Positions 51,081 through 61,277 of a stretch of DNA of 64,000 bases are shown here, in pieces; position 1 is the stretch's first letter, and each line of letters starts with the position of its first letter. The stretch is taken from the IMG/VR virus record IMGVR_UViG_3300028299_000004; one strand, 5' to 3'. This DNA comes from an uncultured virus (IMG/VR IMGVR_UViG_3300028299_000004) (taxonomy: Duplodnaviria; Heunggongvirae; Uroviricota; Caudoviricetes). The translations under genes and the position numbers were made by a program. The notes under the pieces are model-generated. The model had not been told where the DNA came from. It ran no database searches and worked only from the letters and a program-made list of their open reading frames with translations.

Positions 51081-52880
51081 ATGGCTACATATAGTAGATT
51101 TGGGAATGTTCAAGACCCATCAGGAAATAACAACTTAGGTTTTTTTAATAGAATATTAAGAGGATTGTCATCATTTGGTATGAATTGGAATGATGAGAGA
51201 ATAACAAACGCATATTCAATCGGACCACAGGAAGATACACAAGATCTTATTTATGAACCAGGTACAAATATGTATGATCTTTTTACAAAGAAAGTAATTT
51301 CAAGAATATTAGATCGTAAATCAATCGCGTATCTAGACAGAGCTTATTTTGATAAAAGAAAAATTTTAAGACAATATTCAATTAAGGATGAGATAAAAGA
51401 TTATATAACACAAGTCGCGGATGAAGTTATTATTTATGATACAGACAATAGATTTTGTGAACAGAGAAATTTACCAGACGAATTTACAACAGAATTGAAA
51501 CAAAAATATAAAGAGAATTTTGAAAGAATGATGGCGAGTTTTGATTTTTTCAACGGTAACGCTGTCCATACTTATATGAAAAATTTACTTATAGATGGTT
51601 ATATTTCTTTTGAAATCGTATATGATAAGAAACAAAAAAATATAATAGATCTCGCTCCGATTGATCCAATAACTTTAGTTGTAGCGACAGATCCAGGAAC
51701 AAATACAATTATCTGGATTCAACACCCAGATAATCCACAAATAAGAAGAATTTTATTAGATTCACAAATAATATACATTTCATATTCAAATAATAATGAG
51801 TATTTTGAAACTAGTTATGTTGAAAATCTAATAAGGCCATACAATCAATTGAAAATGTTGGAACAAACAAAATTACTTTATAATATTAATCAAGCGGCGA
51901 TTTATAAGAAATTTATTATACCAACAAATGGATTGACTCGTGCTCAAGCGGAACAACAAATCACACAGTTAATGTCAGAATATCATGAAGATGTTCAATG
52001 GGATGATCAGATGGGTACGGTTACAATAAACGGTAGTCAGAACATTCCATTCAGTAAAGATATATGGTTACCATCAGGTGGAGAAGGTACACCAGATGTC
52101 ACTATAGAATCCCCTGGTGGTATAGATTTGAACGAGGATATGATGTTACAATGGTTCTATAAAATTATGAAACGTGCATCAAAGATTCCAGCTGGTAGAT
52201 TAGATGAAGATAGTGGTGGTGGAAATGTTTATAATGATTCTTCTGATATAACAAGAGATGAAATAAAATTTAAAAATTATATAGATAGACTCAGAACAAT
52301 TTTCAAAGAACTTTTAACTAAACCAATTAGAATTCAAATGATATTGGATTTTCCAGAATTAAAAGAAGATGTTTTATTCAAAAATTCCGTAAAATTAGAT
52401 TTTAACTCAAATGGATTATTTGAAGAATGGAAATATTTGAATAACTTATCAAAAAGAGCTGAAATTTCGTCAAGTCTAAATTCAAATCTTATGGACGCGG
52501 ATGGATTACCATATTTTGATATTGAATGGATAGTTAAATATATTATGAAATTAACAGATGAACAGATAGAAGAAAATAGAAAATTCAAAATGTTAAGATT
52601 AAAACAAGGAGGCCAACAACAAGAAGGTGGTGGAGGAGATTTTGGTGGTGGAGGAGACTTCGGTGGGGGAGGAGACTTCGGTGGGGGAGGAGACTTCGGT
52701 GGGGGAGGAGACTTCGGTGGCGGAGGTGGTGACTTCGGTGGTGGAGAAGATTTCGGTGGTGGAGAAGATTTTGGAGGAGGTGAAGATTTCGGTGGTGGAG
52801 CCCAAGGTGGAGGTGCACAAGCTGGTGGAGGTGCACAAGCTGGAGGTGGAGCCCAAGGTGGAGGACAATTACAATTCTAA
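51081..52880 (+). CDS. Portal protein (T4 gp20-like) with Gly-rich tail
   Basis: IDG.I.FEI, SYVENLIRPYNQLKMLE, D.WLP, SKIP..RL, ITRDEIKF..YIDRLR..F. Confidence 0.92.
   Translation: MATYSRFGNVQDPSGNNNLGFFNRILRGLSSFGMNWNDERITNAYSIGPQEDTQDLIYEPGTNMYDLFTKKVISRILDRKSIAYLDRAYFDKRKILRQYSIKDEIKDYITQVADEVIIYDTDNRFCEQRNLPDEFTTELKQKYKENFERMMASFDFFNGNAVHTYMKNLLIDGYISFEIVYDKKQKNIIDLAPIDPITLVVATDPGTNTIIWIQHPDNPQIRRILLDSQIIYISYSNNNEYFETSYVENLIRPYNQLKMLEQTKLLYNINQAAIYKKFIIPTNGLTRAQAEQQITQLMSEYHEDVQWDDQMGTVTINGSQNIPFSKDIWLPSGGEGTPDVTIESPGGIDLNEDMMLQWFYKIMKRASKIPAGRLDEDSGGGNVYNDSSDITRDEIKFKNYIDRLRTIFKELLTKPIRIQMILDFPELKEDVLFKNSVKLDFNSNGLFEEWKYLNNLSKRAEISSSLNSNLMDADGLPYFDIEWIVKYIMKLTDEQIEENRKFKMLRLKQGGQQQEGGGGDFGGGGDFGGGGDFGGGGDFGGGGDFGGGGGDFGGGEDFGGGEDFGGGEDFGGGAQGGGAQAGGGAQAGGGAQGGGQLQF
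52624..52866 (+). repeat. GGGGDF/GGGEDF/GGGAQA coding repeats in the portal C-terminus
   Basis: 18-nt units such as GGAGACTTCGGTGGGGGA. Confidence 0.9.
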
Positions 52881-52885
52881 AAAAT

Positions 52886-53215
52886 ATGAATAAGTATTAT
52901 CATTTTTTCAAAAATGTAATGGTTCAATTAGGTCATTCTGATTGGACTATTCGTTTTTGTGATGATAATTATTGTTGGGTGAATAAAAAGAGAATTGATG
53001 TAAATTTAGATTATAATGGCGATGTTAGGCAAATGATTTTACATGAGATAGCCCATATTGATACAGCTAAATTTTGTAATCAAAAACATAATCCTAGTTT
53101 TTGGAAACATTTAGATATGTTAACAAAAAAATATTTAAAAAAAGAATTGGATAAGAATCAGATAAATCATAAAAGATATATGAGTAATGGTATATATTCA
53201 ATTGTTTATCAATAG
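52886..53215 (+). CDS. SprT-like zinc metalloprotease-family protein
   Basis: LHEIAH.......H...FW. Confidence 0.65.
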   Translation: MNKYYHFFKNVMVQLGHSDWTIRFCDDNYCWVNKKRIDVNLDYNGDVRQMILHEIAHIDTAKFCNQKHNPSFWKHLDMLTKKYLKKELDKNQINHKRYMSNGIYSIVYQ

Positions 53216-54991
53216 TTCAAATTTTAAGTTCCCACTATCATATATTCTATATATTCCTCTTTCTAGCATAATCTCGTGTTCTGTTTTTTCAGGTGAATAT
53301 CCTTCTTTAATAAGAACATCTTTTCTGAAATTAAATCTATGATGTCTCATTCTATCAATAACATAATAATAACTTGGTTGTGTTTTATGGACAAATTCAA
53401 ATCCCAATTTTTTATACAAATCACCTGTACTCCATGAACGATCCGCGTACGTTGTAATCATTTTTGGTGAGTAGTTATTTACAAAATATTTAAATAATCT
53501 ATCTGCACCACCTGTTACACTAGTATTCAATAAAGAACAAAACCTTAACAATTCATATTCATCTTCTTCTGTATTCTTCTTTCCCATTGAAACTCTTCTT
53601 TTTCCAAAAGTTATTAAACTAACTAATTCATCCAAATAGAATAATCCTATTTTAATATTTGATCCAACAAATCCCTGAATATGATTTCTCTCTAGAAATT
53701 CTCTAACTAACTTATTATCGGTTATTTCACCAATTTCTGTATTTCTTCCATATATTTTATTTGGTGTTTTTCCTAACTTATTTAATACCATTGACTTAAC
53801 AATATTTTCCTTGTAAATCCAATCGTCTTCATAAATATGTATTAATTGTATTCCTTTTTCTTCACACATTTCTGTTTTTTCTAGGTGGTAATTATTTGGT
53901 TTATTTAATTCATTATGCCAATATAATCCATTAAATTCAAACGCGAGTTTTAGGTTAGGGATATAGATATCTAATTCGCGACCCAATTCTCTATAGTTGT
54001 ATAATATATCAACGTAGTTTTCTTTAATGAAATCTTGTAATTGAATTTCATAACCAGAATTAGAATATGAATTTATAGGATTACAAACAGTACATAATTC
54101 AGTATTTAGTTTGACTCTATTGTAAATTAGTGATGATGAGATTTCAAATTCATGATTTTTATTACACATAAAGGTATATGTATTATTTATTATTTTTAGT
54201 ATTTTTTTATGTTTATATTTTTTTAACAATTTTTTTGTCTTTGTATCTAATGACTTTTGTTTTATCTTATTATTTTTCATAGGATTATCTACATGATAAT
54301 TCTTGAATAATGTCTCTTCCGATTTTTCTTTTATTTCTTTATTCATAATAGGACAAGTATTTCCATATCTTTCAATATTTGTTTTTAACATTTTCTCTAA
54401 AATCTCGTTGGATTCCAATGGTGTCTTTACTCCATATTTATTCAAAATAGTATTTCTATGTTTGTCTTTTATAATATTTGATTTCATTGGGTTATTAACA
54501 CCATATTTCAATAAACAAGTCTTCTTTGATTTCATTTTGGTTTCTTCTAATTGCATTGGATGATCAACACCATATCGTTGTTGATTCGTTTCAATCATTT
54601 TATCTATAACATCTTTATTCTTAGATGCGTTCTCAAATCCATATTTTTCTAAATTTGTTTTTTTTATTTTTTCTTTTATTTTTTTTTATTGAAAAACATT
54701 TTCCACACCATATTTTTCTAGATTGGTTCTTACTGTTTTAATATATTTACATTTATTACAATAATATTTCTCTTTATTATTATTAGTTATTTTATTATAT
54801 GTTTTATTATTAATTTTCCGTTTTGTGCCACAATTAACACATTTCACAATTATATCAGTTCTAGAATATGTTGGTAAATCTATTGCACTTACAATTATTT
54901 TTTTATTACGTTCAATATTATAATGTTTTTCAGTATAATGTGAAAAATTTTTATTATTTATTAACACCTCAATGAATTCTGATACTATCAT
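53198..54991 (-). pseudogene. Hef-like putative homing endonuclease interrupted by a single in-frame TAA
   Basis: ORFs 54686..54991 and 53198..54598 are in the same frame. The 29 codons between them continue the TNLEKYG repeat. Nuclease motifs ELDIYIP...EFNGLYWH, ELLRFC and IYDSG are present. Confidence 0.75.
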
Positions 54992-55059
54992 ATTTATTTT
55001 TTATTCTTATATATAAATTTTCAATGGTTCATATTGGTACTTTTGATAGACTTTTAAAT

Positions 55060-55090
55060 AAAAAAAGGGAGATAAAATCTCCCTTTTTTT
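55060..55090 (-). terminator. Rho-independent terminator of the major capsid gene
   Basis: A7-GGGAGAT-AAA-ATCTCCC-T7. Confidence 0.85.
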
Positions 55091-55107
55091 GTATAGTAGT
55101 GTTTCTA

Positions 55108-56844
55108 TTAAATAAGAACACCATTTGAGTCAGTTACAGCAATTGACATGAATTGTTTCTCAGGAAAAAATCCAATATCCGCTACTGCATATCTAGAACG
55201 GATTAACATTCTAGGTGCCCAAGTTGCTTCAGAGATTAAGCTGATTGATTGAGCCATTAGATAAGGAATGAAAACAAGACCTGGTTGGTCAACTGAATTC
55301 TTTCTTCCTAAGAAAATTTGATTGTCGTCCCATCTCATATATGGGTCGACATAAATCGCAATCGTTCCTATATTACCCATTGGGTAAAGTTGACCGTTGT
55401 TATTCAATTTACCAGCTTGTACTGGGCTGATTGTGTAACCAGCAACATCTTGAATAACAGATGCTAGATTACCGTTTGTGATCAAGTATTGAGCTGGACC
55501 AACACGGCCGTCTGTTGCGATAAAGTTAGAAGCGTTGTTGATTTTAGCAACAAGTTTTCTTTGGATTGAGTGGTATGTTTCACCACCTGGAGCTGCGAAA
55601 CCAGCTGCTTCTGGAAGTGCTAGATAAGTATCAACATTGAAGTCAAATTTACTTACACCAGCGTTATCTTTAGGAGCTGTATGTGAAGCTCTGTTCAATA
55701 AAGCGAGTTCTCTAATTTTAGCAACGATTTCCTTAGAAATAACTTGCGTTAATTCGTTGATAAGAACACCTTCTAGTTTTTGAACGATATCCATACCTGT
55801 TGAAGCTTTAATGTCTTCAATTTGTGTTCTTTTTAGAGAAGATGAAATTTCTACATCACCAACCTGAATTGATTTTGTAAATACATCTGGTCCGATAACA
55901 CCTGGATATGTTTTTTCGTCTTGGAATCTTGTCATTGGATCATATAGATTCCATCCTGCGGAGAATCCTGGGATGTGATCTTCCATCAATGACACTAATT
56001 CAATGTCTGCTGTTCCTGCGAATGCACCTGTTGCACCTGTTAAAGCTGTGCTACCCGAAAGGTGGGTAATACCAGAAGCTCCGAAAATATCAGAAATTGA
56101 TCCTGTTTGAACAAATGTGTTCTTAGTTGTATCATATGTACCTGGTACATACTGAATATCAACTTGTGGATAAATTTGTCTGAATGAGCGGAACATTGGA
56201 TAACCATCTACTCTTGAGAATCCCAAGAATTCTAGCCATCCTGATTTGTTATCACTAACTGATCCAGTGAAAGCCACGATTTGACCTGGGGTAGCTGTTC
56301 CACTACCTAGTTTTACGAATGTTCTTGTGTCAAGTCCACCGATTCTTTCTTGGATACCAAGTACACTTAGTTGTGCGTTAAGACCAGCTTTCAATGTTGT
56401 GATATCAGCTGTTGTTGATGATCCAACTTTGAATACAAGTGGTCTGTCATTAGTGTCCTCATCGTTGTTATCATATTTGAAGTCAACGAAAAGAAGTTCA
56501 ATTCTTGGTGAAGCTGTTGGTTTAACAGCTACAAGATCTAAACCGATAGTTTGAGCAGCAATCTTCATAGAAACTGGTAAAAGGTTCTGAGCTACATCAC
56601 CTGATCCAACCGCACCACTACCTGTACCCCATATTTGACCTGGGACAGCACCTACTACTGGTGCAGTAACTGGGCCCATACCATTAAGATTATGTAATGT
56701 TGAATAAGCTACGTTTTCATTCATTTGATGCATTTCAGCGTATTCAGCCATCCACTCTCTCTTTGAATCATCAATTACTTGTAGATGTTCTAGAATTGGT
56801 CCCCATTTTTTAATTGCTTTTGGTTTGTCTATTAAAAAGTTCAT
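55108..56844 (-). CDS. Major capsid protein (T4 gp23-like)
   Basis: KKWGPILE, IGLDLVAVKP, LINELTQ.I.KEI, G.I..IAIYVDPY, PGLVFIPY, P.MLIRSRYA. Confidence 0.92.
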   Translation of the reverse strand: MNFLIDKPKAIKKWGPILEHLQVIDDSKREWMAEYAEMHQMNENVAYSTLHNLNGMGPVTAPVVGAVPGQIWGTGSGAVGSGDVAQNLLPVSMKIAAQTIGLDLVAVKPTASPRIELLFVDFKYDNNDEDTNDRPLVFKVGSSTTADITTLKAGLNAQLSVLGIQERIGGLDTRTFVKLGSGTATPGQIVAFTGSVSDNKSGWLEFLGFSRVDGYPMFRSFRQIYPQVDIQYVPGTYDTTKNTFVQTGSISDIFGASGITHLSGSTALTGATGAFAGTADIELVSLMEDHIPGFSAGWNLYDPMTRFQDEKTYPGVIGPDVFTKSIQVGDVEISSSLKRTQIEDIKASTGMDIVQKLEGVLINELTQVISKEIVAKIRELALLNRASHTAPKDNAGVSKFDFNVDTYLALPEAAGFAAPGGETYHSIQRKLVAKINNASNFIATDGRVGPAQYLITNGNLASVIQDVAGYTISPVQAGKLNNNGQLYPMGNIGTIAIYVDPYMRWDDNQIFLGRKNSVDQPGLVFIPYLMAQSISLISEATWAPRMLIRSRYAVADIGFFPEKQFMSIAVTDSNGVLI

Positions 56845-56869
56845 TTTTAGTTAATTTTTTTTTTGAATC

Positions 56870-56880
56870 TTTATATATTC
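56870..56880 (-). promoter_or_regulatory. Putative late promoter (W-ATATATA) of the major capsid gene, representative of about 20 copies
   Basis: GAATATATAAA about 26 nt upstream of the ATG. The same motif precedes 2083, 5800, 7650, 26642, 40644, 45140, 50157 and 59433, and the minus-strand starts at 25495, 43418, 54991, 59262 and 63248. Confidence 0.6.
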
Positions 56881-56907
56881 AGTTTAAAAACTGAATTTTT
56901 TCCATTT

Positions 56908-59262
56908 TTATAGATTTTTGAGTCTATTCATATATTTCTCTAGTTGCTGTTCATTCAACTTCTGATTATCATAAATCATAGTCTCCTTTAACAGTTTTTT
57001 GCCTGGTTCAACTTTTGAATATTTTTCAAGACCTTTTGATCTCCAGAAACTTTCCATATTAGATTCTGATAGATTTGAATAAAACGAAGCACTGTTTACA
57101 ATGCTTTGTCTATTTTTGTTGTCTAAACTTTCCCAAATTGGTTTTAAATCAGTTGGTAGGTTTTCAACAAGTTTTTCCTCAAAGGTTTTTTCTGGTTTTG
57201 AAAGAGCTTTTTCCATAAGTCTTAGTACATCAGATTCGGATGTGTAACCATTACTTTCGTTTATTGTGTAAATTACGGTTTCCTTATCTTCTGGACTTAG
57301 ATTATACCAAGAAGCTTTTCTTTTTTCAGTTAAAAACATTAAGAAATGTGGTTCATTTTCTTCAGAAGCTTTACGTTTTTTAGATTCCTTTATAAACCTT
57401 TTTATATTCTCTTGTAAAGAGTTTTCATTTTCTAGTAATTTTCCATCTCCAAGTGGAGTGACTCTAGATTCTTGAATTTCTTGAACTTCTCCAGAATCTG
57501 ATAGTTTAATGACTACTATGCCGTTTTCATCGTTAACCGCTAAAACTTCACCAGTTTCGTCATCATCAATTTTTACTACCATTCCAGGAGCTATTCCAGT
57601 TTCACCTTCATCATCTAGTTCTTCGCCTTGAATATCATCATCATCATCAAATTCTTCTTGACCTTGAATCTGATCTTGAACTTGACCTTGAATCTGTCCT
57701 TGAGCTTGACCTTGAATTTGGATATTTTCTTGACCTTGAATATCATCATCATCCTCTTCGTCAATATCAATTTCTTCATCACCTTCAAAATCTTCATCAT
57801 CATTATAATATTTTGACATATCACCATCTGGTGAGAAATCTAATTCATCATCACCCATTGATTCGTTTAATTTTCCAGTTTTACTATCAATTAATTTGTC
57901 AAGGCTTTCAGCGAGATAATTTCCGTAAGCGATATTATCGGATACATTTTCAGCGATATACTCAGAATATTTGATATTGTTATCAACGTGTTCAGCGATA
58001 TACTCAGAATATTTGATATTGTTATCAACGTGTTCAGCGATATACTCAGAATATTTGATATTGTTATCAAGATTTTCAGCGACGTATTCAGCGTAAACAA
58101 TACTTTTGTCAAGATTTTCAGCGATGTATTGTGAGTAGTCAATTGTTTTGTCTAGATTTTCAGCAACATACTGTGAATAATCTATAGACTTTTCTAGATT
58201 TTCAGCTAGATATTCTGAGTATTTAATGTTTTTGTCAACATTTTCAGCGATATATTCTGTAAAATCAATACTCTTATCTAATGTTTCAGCTATATATTCG
58301 GTATATTCAATACCTTTGTCAATATTTTCAGCTAGGTAATCAGAGAAGTTAATTGATTTTTCAAGATTTTCAGCTAAATAATCATTGTGTTCAATGATTT
58401 TGTTAGTCTTCTTTTCTAACGTTTTTTCTTTGTCAACTAAAATTTGAACATTCTCAGCCATGTAATCTAAATATTCAGTCATCTTCTTGAATCCTTCAAA
58501 TAGGGATTCATATTTTTCTTCAAGTTTCAACAACTCTTTTGGATCGTATTTACCTGAACCGAGATGACCTTTAATTGATTTCTTTGTTTCTTCAATTTGT
58601 TCAGTTAGGTAATTTGAATACTCGACCATTTGTTGTTTTGTTACAAAATCGTTTTTATTCATATCGAATAATTCATTAATTTTTGACTCATCGGATATAT
58701 CATATATCCTAAAGTTTGCATTTTCATTGAATCCAAAGGATTCATTCAAAGATTTAACTTCCATTCGAGCTGAACTAAAACCAGGATCAGCGACAGCGTC
58801 GTATGTGAAAAGTTTTTTGATAGTTACAGTACCGTTAGATTCTGTAACTCCAGCAGCTCTTGATGAAACAAAAATTGGACAATCATCATCTACTAATGCT
58901 TTCGCTTCACGACCAAAGTGAGTACTTAATAATTTTATAGTACCCTCAATAGAATTCTTTTCTTTTGAAAATTGAATTGATTCAATCGTGTGTGATACTC
59001 TAGTTAATGAAGTATCAAAAACATCGGGGTGATCAAATTCACCGTAGATGGCTCCCAAATTTTTCTTTCGTTCAATAAGCTCAGTAAGATGTGGCAAAAA
59101 TTTATCAGCCGTATAAATTCTTTCATTTCTATTCATAACATCAAATTCAGTAAAAATACCACCTAGTATATACTGTTTTTTCGAGTCAGGAATTGTAATG
59201 TTGGTTTCGTTTAATTTTTGTAACCCCTTTGTGCTATGTTCTACTATTAATACATTTTTCAT
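56908..59262 (-). CDS. Prohead protease (T4 gp21-like) fused to a scaffold-like region
   Basis: NRNERIY, GEFDHP, VSH, VSSRAAG and YDAVADPGF, followed by 14-aa repeats and an acidic region. Confidence 0.9.
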   Translation of the reverse strand: MKNVLIVEHSTKGLQKLNETNITIPDSKKQYILGGIFTEFDVMNRNERIYTADKFLPHLTELIERKKNLGAIYGEFDHPDVFDTSLTRVSHTIESIQFSKEKNSIEGTIKLLSTHFGREAKALVDDDCPIFVSSRAAGVTESNGTVTIKKLFTYDAVADPGFSSARMEVKSLNESFGFNENANFRIYDISDESKINELFDMNKNDFVTKQQMVEYSNYLTEQIEETKKSIKGHLGSGKYDPKELLKLEEKYESLFEGFKKMTEYLDYMAENVQILVDKEKTLEKKTNKIIEHNDYLAENLEKSINFSDYLAENIDKGIEYTEYIAETLDKSIDFTEYIAENVDKNIKYSEYLAENLEKSIDYSQYVAENLDKTIDYSQYIAENLDKSIVYAEYVAENLDNNIKYSEYIAEHVDNNIKYSEYIAEHVDNNIKYSEYIAENVSDNIAYGNYLAESLDKLIDSKTGKLNESMGDDELDFSPDGDMSKYYNDDEDFEGDEEIDIDEEDDDDIQGQENIQIQGQAQGQIQGQVQDQIQGQEEFDDDDDIQGEELDDEGETGIAPGMVVKIDDDETGEVLAVNDENGIVVIKLSDSGEVQEIQESRVTPLGDGKLLENENSLQENIKRFIKESKKRKASEENEPHFLMFLTEKRKASWYNLSPEDKETVIYTINESNGYTSESDVLRLMEKALSKPEKTFEEKLVENLPTDLKPIWESLDNKNRQSIVNSASFYSNLSESNMESFWRSKGLEKYSKVEPGKKLLKETMIYDNQKLNEQQLEKYMNRLKNL
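57900..58390 (-). repeat. 42-nt (14-aa) tandem coding repeat, EY(I/L)AE(N/H)(L/V)DxxIxYS
   Basis: About 11-12 units; near-identical copies at 57950-58075. Confidence 0.9.
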
Positions 59263-59432
59263 ATTGGAGCTTTTCTTATTTTATTTCTATATATAAAGTC
59301 AAAAATGTGTGTTTTTTCCATTTTTAAATATGTTTTTTATATTTTATAATATTTTATTTATCAAATGTTTAATAAAATATAAAAAACCATTTACAGAATT
59401 TAATATATAAGAACAAAAGTAAAATATGATAT

Positions 59433-60983
59433 ATGATACAATTGCCTATAAAAAATATGAAAGGAATAACAGAATTTAAACTGAAAAAAGAAAATTTAGA
59501 ATTTTTCAATAAAATATTTGATAAAATTAAAATAGATAATATTTCGTTGTCTGAGAGAATATGGCTTTATCAAAATAAATTAATAGAACCACCATTTTGT
59601 CCAAACTGTGGTATAAATAAATTAAAATTTAAAAAATTTTATATCGGATATTATAAATATTGTTCAAAGAAATGTGCTGCTGAATATACACATAAGGATA
59701 TATGTATAAAGAATAAAAGAATAAAAAAATTATTAGAATGTAATAATGATGCCACAATAAGAAAAAATATGACATTGAAATCAATAGAAACAAAAAATAA
59801 TTTTTCAATTGAAAAAAAGAAAAGAATAAATGAAAAAAGAAGAAAAACGAATATTGATAGATATGGTGTTGATATAATTTCAAAAAATTATGATATAAAA
59901 CAAAAAATAAAAAATTCTAATATAATCACTAAGAAAAATAACAAGGAATCAAACTTTAGAAATAAAATAAAAAAATATGGATTTGAATTAATTTCTATGA
60001 ATAATGACGATATAACAGTTAAAAATCAAAAATGTAATCATAAATTTGATATCCATATTTCACTTTTTAACCAAAGAAATAGACTTGGTATAACAATTTG
60101 CACGATATGTAATCCAATAAATGGAGTATCTGATTTTGAGAATAAAATAAAAGAGTTTATAAAATCAATATATGATGATGAAATTATTTGTAATAAAAGA
60201 TTTGGCAAATATGAAGTTGATATATTACTACCAAATATTAATTTGGGATTTGAATGTAATGGATTATGGTGGCACTCAGAGGTATATAGGGAAAATCAAT
60301 ATCATATAAATAAGTATAATTTTTTCAAAGAAAAAAATATAAAAATTATCAATATATGGGAAGATTGGTGGATATATAAAAACGATATTGTTAAATCTAT
60401 GATATTAGATAAGTTGGGACAAGTACCAACTATAATATATGGAAGAAAATGTGAAATAAAAGAAATAACTGATAATAAATTAGTTAGAGAATTTTTAGAA
60501 AAAAATCATATTCAGGGATTCATTAATTCATCAATAAAATTGGGTCTTTTTTATAATGAAGAGTTAGTTAGTTTAATGATATTCGGAAAAAGAAGAATTA
60601 AGAAAAACACAAAAGAAAGTGAATATGAATTATTGAGATTTTGTAGTAAACTGAATACAAATATTATAAGAGCTGCTGACAAGTTATTTAAATACTTTGT
60701 AAAGAATTATAAACCTGTTATGATTACAACATACATAGACCAGTCATGGAGCACAGGAGACTTGTATGAAAAATTAGGATTTAAGTTTAATTGTGTAACA
60801 CATCCAAATTATTATTATTTTCATAAAGATGAAAGAATCAGATTTAATAAATTTAATTTCAGAAAAGATATTTTGGTTAAAGATGGATATGATTCAAACA
60901 AAACAGAACACCAAATAATGACAGAAAGAAATTTTTACAGAATATATGACTGTGGAAATTTAAATTATATTTTTACAATTTAA
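59433..60983 (+). CDS. Hef-like putative homing endonuclease, paralog of 53198..54991
   Basis: EVDILLP...GFECNGLWWH, IYGRKCEIKEITDNKLVREFLE.NHIQG, ELLRFC, IYDCG. Confidence 0.78.
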   Translation: MIQLPIKNMKGITEFKLKKENLEFFNKIFDKIKIDNISLSERIWLYQNKLIEPPFCPNCGINKLKFKKFYIGYYKYCSKKCAAEYTHKDICIKNKRIKKLLECNNDATIRKNMTLKSIETKNNFSIEKKKRINEKRRKTNIDRYGVDIISKNYDIKQKIKNSNIITKKNNKESNFRNKIKKYGFELISMNNDDITVKNQKCNHKFDIHISLFNQRNRLGITICTICNPINGVSDFENKIKEFIKSIYDDEIICNKRFGKYEVDILLPNINLGFECNGLWWHSEVYRENQYHINKYNFFKEKNIKIINIWEDWWIYKNDIVKSMILDKLGQVPTIIYGRKCEIKEITDNKLVREFLEKNHIQGFINSSIKLGLFYNEELVSLMIFGKRRIKKNTKESEYELLRFCSKLNTNIIRAADKLFKYFVKNYKPVMITTYIDQSWSTGDLYEKLGFKFNCVTHPNYYYFHKDERIRFNKFNFRKDILVKDGYDSNKTEHQIMTERNFYRIYDCGNLNYIFTI

Positions 60984-60990
60984 TCAATTT

Positions 60991-61251
60991 TTAATTACTA
61001 TATCTATTGTAATATTTAGATACAGTATAATTATATAGATTTCTTACAGGTAGTACACTTTCAATAGTCCATATGAATAATCCTTTCATATAAGTGGTTA
61101 AGAATGTGTACATAAAATTATTTCTAAATATGTATTTAGAAAAAGATTTTCTTATAAAATTTGTTTCATAATCATAATGAGTATGAATCTCATTATCATT
61201 TCTATGTTTTAAATCATATAATTCTTTTATTTGTGATTCTCTTTCTATCAT
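60991..61251 (-). CDS. Small hypothetical protein downstream of the baseplate gene
   Basis: 86-aa ORF on the same strand as the gp6-like gene. Confidence 0.55.
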   Translation of the reverse strand: MIERESQIKELYDLKHRNDNEIHTHYDYETNFIRKSFSKYIFRNNFMYTFLTTYMKGLFIWTIESVLPVRNLYNYTVSKYYNRYSN

Positions 61252-61277
61252 TTTATTTTATTAGTTTTTAAGTTGTT

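Noticed and set aside
52334..52893. Overlapping short ORFs across the portal 3' end
   Set aside because: Shadows of the Gly-rich repeat.
57900..58390. 42-nt repeats as a CRISPR or regulatory array
   Set aside because: In-frame coding repeats without spacers.
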